DNA of 61,859 nt from a virus (Duplodnaviria > Caudoviricetes). Of the stretch, positions 36,001 to 43,402 are shown piece by piece. Every line of letters begins with the position of its first letter. The first letter of the stretch is position 1. A program made the translations under genes and the position numbers. The stretch spans positions 1 through 61,859 of IMG/VR virus record IMGVR_UViG_3300037424_001336. The stretch is one strand, 5' to 3'. Under the pieces are notes generated by a model, which saw nothing but the letters and a program-made list of their open reading frames with translations, was not told where the DNA came from and did not search any database.

Positions 36001-38262
36001 ATCGACGTCGGCGATGGTCTCGGCACGGACCGGGCTTTCCGGGGTGCCGGCGCCCACCAGCGTCACCGTGGAGTCGTCGAGATAGGTTTCGATGGCGTCG
36101 CCCTTCTCGGGAACCACCCTGACGCCGGCGGCGCCCTCGACCTCGAAGACGTCCTCGAGACGGCCGGTGACGGGGTCTCCCCCTTCGGTGGCCACCGTGA
36201 CCGTGCTGCCCATGGCGGGCAGGCCGTTGGCCTCGATGATCGCTTGACGGCGAGCCTGGACCTCGTCGGTGGCGGCTTGGCGCTGTGCTTCCGCCGCATC
36301 CTTGACCCCTTGCTCGTCCTCGGCCTTGATTTCCGAGACCGGCCGGGGGTCAGCCATCAGTTCGGCGAGGCTACGCTGTGGCGTCTGCTCCGGTTGCGGG
36401 GCTGTCGGCGTAGGCTCGGCCGCCCCCTGCTCCTGTGGAGCCGCCGGCTGGTCCTGGCGGGGCCTTACGGCGGCGCCGGACACGGAGCCGAATAGGAGAC
36501 CGACGACGGCCCCCACTCCCATCGAGGCGACGAGTTCGTCGCTGAACTGCCGGCTGGTGTCGTAGGCCTTGGCAATCATGTTCTGGGTGAACTGCTGCAA
36601 GCCCTCCTGGCCGCCCTCGATGGCCGCCTGTTCCAGGGCCTTGCGAATGATGGAATAGGCCAGCCCGACCGATTGGCCACCAAGGGGCCGCAACAGGTTC
36701 TCGATCGGCGCTATGTCGGTGGCGCCGGGCAGCATGCCCATGACGGCGGCCCGCGCCGCGACCTCGTCGGGAACGCCCTTCTCCATGGCCGCGTCCAGGG
36801 CCTCGCCAGCGCCCATCGAAAGCGCGGTGACGGGAAGCATGACCTGGCCGATGCCGGGGATAAGGCGAGCGGCCACGAAGGTGCCGGTCGACCCGATGCC
36901 GCGGGCAACCTGTACGATGAACTCTTTTTCATGATGGGGGGGGATGGGGAAGGTTTCGGCCGCGAAGTCTTCGACGGCCTGACCCGCCTTGACCAGCGGG
37001 TTTTCCTTGAGGGGGACATCGAGGCCAAAAGCCTTCGGAGTCTCAGCGAGGAAACGGCGGGTTTCCTGGATCGCGAATTCCGGGTTGGAATAGAAATCCT
37101 GCTTCATGAGGGAGCGGCCGACCCGGGCGTTTTGCTGGACCAGCCGCTGCGCTTCGTCCTGGTTGCCGGCCCGCATCGCAGCCTCGATCTGGTCGAGCGC
37201 GGCAAGATCCTCGTGGTAGGAACTGGGATAGGTGATTCCCCCAAGGCCCGTTAAGACGGTGGCGACGCCCTTGATGGCCGCTTCGGGAACCCCCCGGGCG
37301 GTCGAGGCGGCAAGGCTCGGCCCCAACTCTTCCTCGATCGCTTGCGCAATCATGTCGTCGGTCATGCCGGCGGGAAACTCGACGGGGCCGATTCCCTCGA
37401 CCTCGACGATCTGGGCCGGCAGTTCGTGGGCCTGCGGGCGCGGCGCGGCCTCGCGGGTGGCGCTGTAGGGTGATTCCCCGCCCTGGAGCCAGGCGTCCGC
37501 TTCCTGCGGCGTCTTGAGGCCGAGGGCGTCCGGGTTCTCCCCGGTCTCCCGCATGAAGGTTTCGCGCCACGCTGGGTCTGGGGCCTGGGGCGCGGCGGGT
37601 GTCGGTTCCGGCCGCGCGAAGGCCTGCCAGGGCTTCCGGCCCGGACGCTCGAAGGTGGGCACCGGCTCGGGGCCGGGCATGGCGGCGGCAAGCGGCTGCT
37701 GATAGTCGGGAACCTCGCCGGGGTCCATGTTGCCGCGCACCCTGGGGTCCCGCGCCTCGCGAGCCTGGACGTCGGCAAGCGTCGGCATGTCCCGTTTCGG
37801 CGCATCATTTGATGCAGAAAATTGGGACATGTTAATTTTTGGCCCCTCTCGGGAGGCGGGAAAATTCAACACGGGCGGCGCCGCCTCCGGGATGAACGAC
37901 GCCGGTTGCAGCTTCGGGCGGGTAGGCTCGAAGGTCTGGGCCGGCCGGCGGGGGGCCGGCTCATAGGTGGGCGCAGGATCTGCGGGGGCTGGGGCCTGGG
38001 GGGCAGGCTCAGGTTCCGGGCGGTTCAGCGGCATCAGTTGCGCCGGCCGGGCCTCGCCCAAGGCAACCCGGAAATTCTCCATGCCACCGTACTTCTTGAG
38101 CGTCTTGTCCAACGCCTCGCGGTAAAGCTGCCCTTCTCGGGAGGCGGAGCGGTGGCCGAGGTGCGTGACGCCGTTTTCGGTGCGCGTCGGCGGAATCCTG
38201 GAACGCAGCTTGTCCAGCTGCTCCAGGTCGAACCGCGCGATCGTGCGTGCCGTCTCGTCCAT
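30055..38262 (-). CDS. 2735-aa polyvalent internal virion/ejection protein (inorganic pyrophosphatase-like, PBECR-like nuclease, zincin metallopeptidase)
   Basis: GNYRKAH...IENPRGSTRSG...HYGY...DGDGIDVY...FDEHK (about 35540-35990); PBECR-like region (about 33950-34330); DHEIIHAL (about 33500). Confidence 0.85.
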   Translation of the reverse strand: MDETARTIARFDLEQLDKLRSRIPPTRTENGVTHLGHRSASREGQLYREALDKTLKKYGGMENFRVALGEARPAQLMPLNRPEPEPAPQAPAPADPAPTYEPAPRRPAQTFEPTRPKLQPASFIPEAAPPVLNFPASREGPKINMSQFSASNDAPKRDMPTLADVQAREARDPRVRGNMDPGEVPDYQQPLAAAMPGPEPVPTFERPGRKPWQAFARPEPTPAAPQAPDPAWRETFMRETGENPDALGLKTPQEADAWLQGGESPYSATREAAPRPQAHELPAQIVEVEGIGPVEFPAGMTDDMIAQAIEEELGPSLAASTARGVPEAAIKGVATVLTGLGGITYPSSYHEDLAALDQIEAAMRAGNQDEAQRLVQQNARVGRSLMKQDFYSNPEFAIQETRRFLAETPKAFGLDVPLKENPLVKAGQAVEDFAAETFPIPPHHEKEFIVQVARGIGSTGTFVAARLIPGIGQVMLPVTALSMGAGEALDAAMEKGVPDEVAARAAVMGMLPGATDIAPIENLLRPLGGQSVGLAYSIIRKALEQAAIEGGQEGLQQFTQNMIAKAYDTSRQFSDELVASMGVGAVVGLLFGSVSGAAVRPRQDQPAAPQEQGAAEPTPTAPQPEQTPQRSLAELMADPRPVSEIKAEDEQGVKDAAEAQRQAATDEVQARRQAIIEANGLPAMGSTVTVATEGGDPVTGRLEDVFEVEGAAGVRVVPEKGDAIETYLDDSTVTLVGAGTPESPVRAETIADVDVAAQRVDTEPTPAMKEVGNYRKAHVTWKGLDIAIENPRGSTRSGTGADGKPWSVKMMAHYGYLKRSEGKDGDGIDVYLGIDDNSDQVFVVDQIDPATGNFDEHKAILGASNLGDAHFLYDVHFNDGAGAVRRGAVTAMNTAEFKEWLANGDTTKPLAYTKPQPAAAPEAAPSVEPRGEPPAAPPPPAAPPGATDQETPVVQEVQQPANDESAEPWKQSFSQFAATKWGPKWAVAGDRTRGVDPEATRIKKRDYAKAEQEHRAAILAAMRRGDPVPETAVASHLHNSAFAADVEAVIRAAAGPAPQDAPKKAQAKPVTKPKPETTPEAQAPAETKPRQVPPGTLPNRAPQSSEALARMLDDADAKRLAPNIPKETRAAAGQLQAETTADLDKAEAAMLDTEYGRLWKQTYDGLAGWKPEPREPQKLLYAQGYMDAVTGEGDFGPAVLSDTEKKIYDRGRTDGSNAMKGSLKGTEIKRPVPVEFTLRTARGKETKFTITGGLSAIRRLRAHLGKPASTSKFYSLRRESVSTGPDGRTDLFEADAEKWGRFADRLLAGQPVTKQKLGWRFYVLEAMGLPNRDVSLSPEIATDIANKHRDIPTEVWKRLPEMVADPLYVHSRRDGTVSVVIDATTKKGEPIIVGLRNGEIRTITPTHDMDEPGTARMLGFVAHAMAEPGKVYIRDRKAASRVSGLSRSAQVQFRPASGEGVAAPSGIRSPRRSAEEVVGGGRRQSTASVKAKILYRDDVIKSQGRVFYSLRPEFAQDVEAIGADLTKRLGQIGISDRVALRLSEGIDAVAGDGSKAAIDGVYRGHMKLIEVSLEAPEKAWTLDHEIIHALRDLGLFAEAEWSVLERAARADVERMSDIRDRYAAYSLPEEQLVEEAIADMFADWTSGRSQVGGRLLRLFNVIKKFFQALREALTGRGYKTVDDIFGAIDSGEVGRREAEETAANDTVEPMTEADYKAEAEDLLGKDIDATALRRKGQREIRSVVKAMGKVRFSIDPDSLGQNGRLTIEERKDVGDLNLVKRYFYTPQAAFKRWPELAQLQRFGVQTEVYMSKFVKRLNTRYDAVRRELSSKQFDALSDLLFAGDAEQKEFTAADLSGQDEKVAEAYQEVRDIFETVGRFVDQHRRSMLPKLRARKFAAMKRMAHLRDMSDPEFRRLLNKRGALRSRLRSGEGNPETIATELDAVEAELKIKREATDEYAELTAEVDRIDAELAKTSIRRRKGYVPHKFFGTWAVYRVEGGEDGPVHTLVAGDHGFFPDRESAVKAAGAVLAADGSANLVVRPVQFQFPNSGATALTDASYWKFMSQVGTALQIQGEELRDLVNGVARKPFRRRIAGFTLFRQGVPGYSKDFDRVMRTHMGEAVRYVMLDKLKYEAISTMERLGISPHRSATASSDTLRAAVLSWFRDVNGQKQPLENQIDEILDKPWAKPVRMALLSGTAMAATTMFGISASPAVGVVAGSYVGYRVYRALHDGGSFKSRALTGAMLGDMAHLKLGSFFNVFSPVVNLSQTLINTVPVLGTYTMTGMKLLSQAVGSRATGKPDRYWRLLERADIVSAFKYTEQGTAQFSRESTLAHASLYLFSKAEQFNRAVSFLGAYQKAIDAGASEGDAFKRGEAMMVKTQFHYGNAQKPEILRGIFLRVPGQFKNFVMQEIAFIAGLKKPTGNALTGWATPEVGKFLVSMFLVAGVLGFPMLDLLDELINWLADFSPITEIKRLALKAQAEGKAWGSAANLIIRGLPGLIGEDMSARAGVGDKFLPLEFRDFKGPWVSTLESAVRLGELNATVADHLRNLSTGIGRPLKSLEAMANGLPIQDMALRPKVFFEALADGKVAYTNPWKGGALEYDERILSNMDLARMAVGGTPRHIAELRDVDAIQQHDEAKTKEKTQIYTNRIIDAYRRYGDAGSKDRLSDILGEVARESRRDGVVISHRQVSAALKKAFEPRVLRTVERTRKQLRPEIWGLAKEAIPNEKGG

Positions 38263-38300
38263 TCCGCCGCTCCAACTGTAAGGGGGACCCGTCGCCTTAA

Positions 38301-38329
38301 TTGCAAAACCGCAGTCGATGGATTATTCT
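38301..38329 (+). promoter_or_regulatory. Sigma70 promoter of the counter-oriented moron
   Basis: TTGCAA-17 nt-TATTCT. Confidence 0.6.
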
Positions 38330-38375
38330 GGTGGTGAAGATTGCCGGTGGGGCTCAATTTTCGGAGTGTTGGCGC

Positions 38376-38630
38376 ATGATCACGAAGCTTCTTGCAATCA
38401 CCGGACTTGTTCTCGCCACCAGTGGCGCGGTGGCCGCCGAGCAACCGGCTCCGGTCGACAACCCGCCGAACCCGGTATGGGGAGGGATCGGAGTCCACCC
38501 CGACGATTTCGGGGGGAACATGAAGGCTATCCCCTATGACCCGGCATGGGGCGGGATTGGTATGCACCCCGACGATTTCAAGGGAAACCAGAGCCCGATT
38601 CAGCCTGCGGCTCAGCCCTCGTCCAAATAG
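38376..38630 (+). CDS. Secreted mini-protein with two WGGIGxHPDDF repeats (moron)
   Basis: Signal peptide MITKLLAITGLVLATSGAVAA; opposite strand to the late operon; GGAG RBS. Confidence 0.85.
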   Translation: MITKLLAITGLVLATSGAVAAEQPAPVDNPPNPVWGGIGVHPDDFGGNMKAIPYDPAWGGIGMHPDDFKGNQSPIQPAAQPSSK

Positions 38631-38631
38631 C

Positions 38632-39669
38632 CTACTGAACGAACCCTTTCCCCGGCACATACCTGCGGGTCGGGGTGGACGGGGCTGGCGCGGCCCCGTT
38701 CGTTTGTGGGACCGAGATCAGTTCGTTGACCATGGTCTGTGCCTCGGCCCACTTTTCCTCGGCGGAACGCTGGTCCTGGAAGTCGGCGCTCATCGCGGTA
38801 AACAACCGCTGCACCACCTGGGCTCGGGCATAGGGGCTGCTCTTGGCCGTGGACATCATCTGCCACGCTTCCCGGGCATCCTTGGCGACGCCTTTGGTAA
38901 CCAGCCATTCGGCGGTCTGCACCGACGCCGGCTGCGTCGTCTTGTCGGTCTTCAACATTTCCTGGGGCTGCGGCAAACCCTGGTAGCCGAACTGGTTGGC
39001 CGGGGCCTGCTGGCCGGGCTTGAAGTGGCGGCCGACGATTTCCCGCATCGCGGTTTCCATGGCCTGCTTCAGGTCGCGCGGCCGGCCCTCGTAGAGCTTG
39101 GAATACTTGGTCCAGGTGTCGGCAAGATCGCGTTGCGCGTTGGCGTTCGAAAGGATGTTGTCGGGGATGGCTTCGCCGAACCGCTTCGCGTACTGCTGCG
39201 CCATGTCGGGCTGGCCGGCGGCGATATATTTCATGGTCTGGTCGAAGACCTGGACGTCCTGGGCGTCCTGGTCGAGCGACATCTGGGCGCCCTTGGCGGC
39301 GTGGCCAGGCGTCTGCATATAGGTCGAGGCGAGGCTTCGGCGCGTCACCGGCTGCGGGGATGGGGGCTGCTGGCTCGATGGGCCGACCGCCGGCTGTTGC
39401 GCCGGAGTGGCCTGCATCGGTTGGGCTGGCTGTTGCCCACCCGTGGGCTGCGCCGGTTGCGGCTGGCCGACGGCGCGCAGCGGCGAACCCTGGGACATGG
39501 ACCGGATGTTGCGGTCCAGCGCGGCGTCGTTGGTCATTTTGGCTTCGGCAGAGGCCCGCTCCAGGTCCTGCATGTCGCGGAGCGCTTCGCGGTCGGACTG
39601 CTGGGCGCGGCGCTGCAATCCGCTGTCACGGCCAACCTGATAAGGGTCGCGCTGCAAGTATTCGACCAT
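38632..39669 (-). CDS. Putative ejection (internal virion) protein
   Basis: Q/A-rich helical composition; lies between ejection genes. Confidence 0.75.
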   Translation of the reverse strand: MVEYLQRDPYQVGRDSGLQRRAQQSDREALRDMQDLERASAEAKMTNDAALDRNIRSMSQGSPLRAVGQPQPAQPTGGQQPAQPMQATPAQQPAVGPSSQQPPSPQPVTRRSLASTYMQTPGHAAKGAQMSLDQDAQDVQVFDQTMKYIAAGQPDMAQQYAKRFGEAIPDNILSNANAQRDLADTWTKYSKLYEGRPRDLKQAMETAMREIVGRHFKPGQQAPANQFGYQGLPQPQEMLKTDKTTQPASVQTAEWLVTKGVAKDAREAWQMMSTAKSSPYARAQVVQRLFTAMSADFQDQRSAEEKWAEAQTMVNELISVPQTNGAAPAPSTPTRRYVPGKGFVQ

Positions 39670-39678
39670 GGGTTCCTC

Positions 39679-40371
39679 CTAGACCGTCATCTCTCTGACC
39701 CGGTCGCCGTAGCGCGATTTCCGGGCTTCTTCCTTCTCGGAGTTGGTGAGGAACGCCGAGATGTCGCCCAGCGCCTGGCCGCGCGCGCCGACGTTGGCCA
39801 GTTCGGATTTGGCCTTGGTGTCGGCGGAACCCAGCGCGGCGGCGCCGGTAGCCCGCCCCGACGAGGTGTCCAGCATGGCCTGGTTGCCGGTGGCGTCGAA
39901 ATATTCCCCGGACAGCCGGGCCGCGGCATCGTCCTGCGAGGAACGGTTCTCGTCGATGAACTGGTTCTTGACGCCGGTCTCGACGCCCCGCATCACCGCG
40001 ACCTGGGCACGGCCGGCGCCGCGGAGCCCGCCGGAGTTGAGCGTTCTCCGGGTGGAACGGCTGGTGTCGTCCAAGCTGGCCTTCTGGGTATCGGTCAGCA
40101 GGTAAGGGTTGCCTGCAACCGTGACTTTCAGGCGCTGGACGGCCGGTTCGGACAGCGCCTTGCTTTCGTCGTAGCGGGCCTCGGCGTTGGCATTGCCCTC
40201 GCGGATCGCGGCGGCTTGGTCCTGGTAGCCCTGGGAGACCTTGTTGGCGGCGTTCTTATTGGCTTGCGTCGTCATCGCCGTGGTGGCAATGGGAACGACG
40301 ACGTCGGAGATCAGGCCTCCGGTGCCCAGGGCCTCGTCGATGAACCCGGCGAAACTGCTCCACAGTCCCAT
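39679..40371 (-). CDS. Putative ejection protein (P22 gp7-like position and composition)
   Basis: A/G/S-rich, with ANKNAANK..Q and GGLRGAG. Confidence 0.75.
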   Translation of the reverse strand: MGLWSSFAGFIDEALGTGGLISDVVVPIATTAMTTQANKNAANKVSQGYQDQAAAIREGNANAEARYDESKALSEPAVQRLKVTVAGNPYLLTDTQKASLDDTSRSTRRTLNSGGLRGAGRAQVAVMRGVETGVKNQFIDENRSSQDDAAARLSGEYFDATGNQAMLDTSSGRATGAAALGSADTKAKSELANVGARGQALGDISAFLTNSEKEEARKSRYGDRVREMTV

Positions 40372-40372
40372 G

Positions 40373-41458
40373 TCAGCCTCCCGCCATGCCCGTCCCGGCG
40401 GAGCGCAGGGGCGAACCCATGGCCTGCATCGGGTTGGGCCGGCTCTGCGGCATCGCCGCCGCCGATCCCTTGTTGATCATCTGGCGCACCAGCTGGACCT
40501 GCTCGGGTGTCGCGACGCCTTCGGCGATGGCCGACATGGCTTCCAGCATGTCATTGCCCCAGTATGCCGTCGCCTCCGGGTTCATGACGTGCTCGGTTTC
40601 GTGAGCGGTGATGCGGACCGGCTCGATCTCGGGCGAACCCTTGTTGGGGATCGGGCCGCCCATGCGGTAGGTCGAATCCCCCATGCCGCTGCCCGCCGAG
40701 GTGTCCTGGGAACCGGTGGAACCGCCGGGACCGGGGTCAGATTCGCTGGGGCCGCCACCGCTGTCGCCACCACCGTAATCGTCGGGGTGGGAACCGATGG
40801 CGCCTTCCGCCTGCGCGGTCTCCTCGCTCAGATCTCCTTCGGGCTGGGAAGGCGACGCTTCCGGGCCGCGGTTTGGGTCATATCCAGCCCCGCCTGGCGT
40901 CCCGGTACCCAAGCCGTAATCGTCTGGGTGGGAACCGATGGCGCCCATCGCCGTTGGATCCGATGGCTCATTGGAGCCCCCCGCAATTCCGGCGGCCCGC
41001 TCCAGGGCCCGCTTGTCCCGCGCGGCAATGGCCTTGTCGAAGTCTTCCTTGCCCACCTTGTTCGCCAGATTTACCATTGGGCCGATGCCGGGCAGCGCCA
41101 TGTTGGCGGCGAGCCCGATACCTTTCTTTCCGTACCCTTCGACGGTCTCTTCCGGCATGCCGACGCCGAACACATCCCTGGCAAACGACCTGTTCTTCTC
41201 CTCCTGGCTCAGCTCCTCATCGGTCATGTCGGTGTACGACTTGCTGCCGGGCCCCACATTTTCCGGGCTCGGGCCGTCGCTCTCGGTGGAAAGCCCCAAA
41301 CCGACGCCGCGCAGCGGGGACTCGATCGCAGCCGGCTGCGGTTCCTCCTCGACGTTGCCGGTGGCGTCCAGGGTCTGGGACATGAACCCGGGGAAGCGCG
41401 AGGTCTTGAACCGCGTCGAGGTGAAGCTCTTGCGAGGGTCGAGGGTGTTGGTGGCCAT
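40373..41458 (-). CDS. Putative ejection protein with two GAIGSHPDDYG repeats
   Basis: G/S/P/D-rich; C-terminal YRMGG...AHETEHVMNPEAT..WG..ML..M resembles motifs of tape-measure and ejection proteins. Confidence 0.75.
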   Translation of the reverse strand: MATNTLDPRKSFTSTRFKTSRFPGFMSQTLDATGNVEEEPQPAAIESPLRGVGLGLSTESDGPSPENVGPGSKSYTDMTDEELSQEEKNRSFARDVFGVGMPEETVEGYGKKGIGLAANMALPGIGPMVNLANKVGKEDFDKAIAARDKRALERAAGIAGGSNEPSDPTAMGAIGSHPDDYGLGTGTPGGAGYDPNRGPEASPSQPEGDLSEETAQAEGAIGSHPDDYGGGDSGGGPSESDPGPGGSTGSQDTSAGSGMGDSTYRMGGPIPNKGSPEIEPVRITAHETEHVMNPEATAYWGNDMLEAMSAIAEGVATPEQVQLVRQMINKGSAAAMPQSRPNPMQAMGSPLRSAGTGMAGG

Positions 41459-41467
41459 GGCGGTCTC

Positions 41468-41986
41468 CTAGCGTCTGAGCTGGTAGTTGAAGGTCACGGA
41501 ATTTCCGAGGCCGGGAGCCACCGCGACGGTGACGGTGAAGCCGGCGGCGGTTTGTGCGATGGCCGTGACGCGGAACGCCCCCACGTCCGGAGTGCCGGTG
41601 ATCGATACCGGCGACAGGACGAGATTGTAGACGGCGTCCGCCTGCGCCGCGGCGAACGTCGCCACCCCCGTCGTCGCGGCAGCGGCCACCGTGACGGTGC
41701 CGAAGATCCAGGAATCCAGCCTCGCCTTGTTCTCGTTGGCTTGACCGAAGGCGTAGGCCGCCAGGACGAACGCCTCGTTGGCTGTCGACTGTGCTATGGC
41801 GATGGTGCTGGTCGCCGGGTCTGGAAGGCTGTTTGGGTCGAACCCGGAATCGTCGAAGGCCTCGGAGCGGCGCAGGAATTCATCGTTTAGTTCAAACGAC
41901 TTGAAGACCTCGAAGGCCCAATTCACCATGGCGGTGGAGTCTTCCTTGGCGTCTCCGGACTGGCGCGGGGGGCGGGGAATGGGCAT
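41468..41986 (-). CDS. Virion structural protein
   Basis: Position after the tail hub gene; beta-rich C-terminus. Confidence 0.7.
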   Translation of the reverse strand: MPIPRPPRQSGDAKEDSTAMVNWAFEVFKSFELNDEFLRRSEAFDDSGFDPNSLPDPATSTIAIAQSTANEAFVLAAYAFGQANENKARLDSWIFGTVTVAAAATTGVATFAAAQADAVYNLVLSPVSITGTPDVGAFRVTAIAQTAAGFTVTVAVAPGLGNSVTFNYQLRR

Positions 41987-43402
41987 CTACCACTCCAGCC
42001 GCTCGACCATCGCATCGAGGCGAACCACCTCGACGGGGCAGTCGTCGGTAACAACCCACTCGAACTGCCAGGTATCGGCGCAGCCGAAGCCGTCGAAGTC
42101 GACGAAGAATTCCCGTTCGCCGGCCAGGCCGAATGACCGGGAGACCCAAGGTGTCGGATCGCCGCCGTCGCGGATCGCCCGGATCCTGATTTCCCCGGCC
42201 GCCGTGTTGGTGCCGGTGCCGCGGCGCAGCCTGGCCCTGAGATTGGTCACCTCCGACGGCCCCCAATCGCCGAGGTGGGCGGTGCGGCCCAGCATCCTCT
42301 GGACCTCACCGGCCCAGGTGTAGGCGTCCCGGGTCACCTTGTAGATGACGCCCTCTCCACCGATGAAGGTGTCGTTCCACAGCGACCAGTGCGACCAGCC
42401 CGGCCACCGGGACGGTATCGAGGTGGAGGCGTCCCAGGCGTAGAGGCTGTACCAGCGCTTCCGCCGATAGTCATAGAGGAGCGTCACGCCCTTGGAGCCG
42501 TAGGGGTTGGTGGCGTGGGGTGCCTGCATCAGGATGAAGTTCTGGCCGGCAAGTCCAAGCGGCTTGTCGGGATGGCCGCCGACCCAGAAGTCGGTCCAGT
42601 CGTCGATGCCTTCGAGGATCTGGGCGATGTCGTCGCTCTGGACCCGGCTGCTCTGCCCGGAAACCCGGCTGAATTCCTTGACCGGGTTGACATACCACAA
42701 GGCGTTGTCGGCGAAGATCTGGCCGTAGGGCGCGAAGTTGCCGTCGCCCACCGACCAGCGCCGATAGAACGGCGTCTCGCCACTGGTCAGCCGCTCGAAC
42801 TGCTCGATGCTGTCCGGCCCAGTCAGCATCAATTCGCGGAACCGGGTCACCAGGAGGCCGTTCAGCGGGTCCGGCTGGGTGTCGGCGGAAAACACGTCGA
42901 GCGGGCTCCAGGTGCGGTACTCCCCGGCCTCGCAATGCAGAAACCGCCCGGAATGCCGCTCGATCGCCACGGCGTAGTTGTCGATGAACCCGATGTGCGT
43001 GGTGTCGGGCGCGTCCTCGGACAGGATTTCTGTCTTCTCCCCGGCGAAGCGGATGGGTTTCCGGCCGGCCGCCAGCAACAGTTCGTCGGTGGTCTTGCCG
43101 AAGATGACGCGCAGCCCCCCGGAAATCGGCACCCCGGTCACGTTGGCGACGGCACCATTCCGGTCGACCTTGAAGAGGTTCCCGGAACTGGTCGCCGCCA
43201 TCAGGTTGCCGCGCCAGTCGTGGAGATAGACCCGGCCATTGTCCCCCGGAAGGGTGCAGAACACGGCGTGCCCGGGGAACCGGCTGTGCCCGCCGGCCTC
43301 GTTCTGGAAGCCGTTCTCGATCGCGGCCTGGGCTTTGGTCAGCGCGGTCTCGTGGACGTTGGCAAACCACTTGGCCTCGATCGGGATGCGCTCCGTCCTC
43401 AT
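41987..43402 (-). CDS. Tail hub / DNA stabilisation protein (P22 gp10-like)
   Basis: Beta-propeller-like sequence, SADTQPDPL and TLLYD..RKRW; podovirus gene order. Confidence 0.75.
   Translation of the reverse strand: MRTERIPIEAKWFANVHETALTKAQAAIENGFQNEAGGHSRFPGHAVFCTLPGDNGRVYLHDWRGNLMAATSSGNLFKVDRNGAVANVTGVPISGGLRVIFGKTTDELLLAAGRKPIRFAGEKTEILSEDAPDTTHIGFIDNYAVAIERHSGRFLHCEAGEYRTWSPLDVFSADTQPDPLNGLLVTRFRELMLTGPDSIEQFERLTSGETPFYRRWSVGDGNFAPYGQIFADNALWYVNPVKEFSRVSGQSSRVQSDDIAQILEGIDDWTDFWVGGHPDKPLGLAGQNFILMQAPHATNPYGSKGVTLLYDYRRKRWYSLYAWDASTSIPSRWPGWSHWSLWNDTFIGGEGVIYKVTRDAYTWAGEVQRMLGRTAHLGDWGPSEVTNLRARLRRGTGTNTAAGEIRIRAIRDGGDPTPWVSRSFGLAGEREFFVDFDGFGCADTWQFEWVVTDDCPVEVVRLDAMVERLEW

Noticed and set aside
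28320-37841. Exact 14-mer CATGTTAATTTTTG at about 28320 and 37828
   Set aside because: Only two copies, one inside coding sequence, and not a full CtrA TTAA-N7-TTAA site; chance cannot be excluded.
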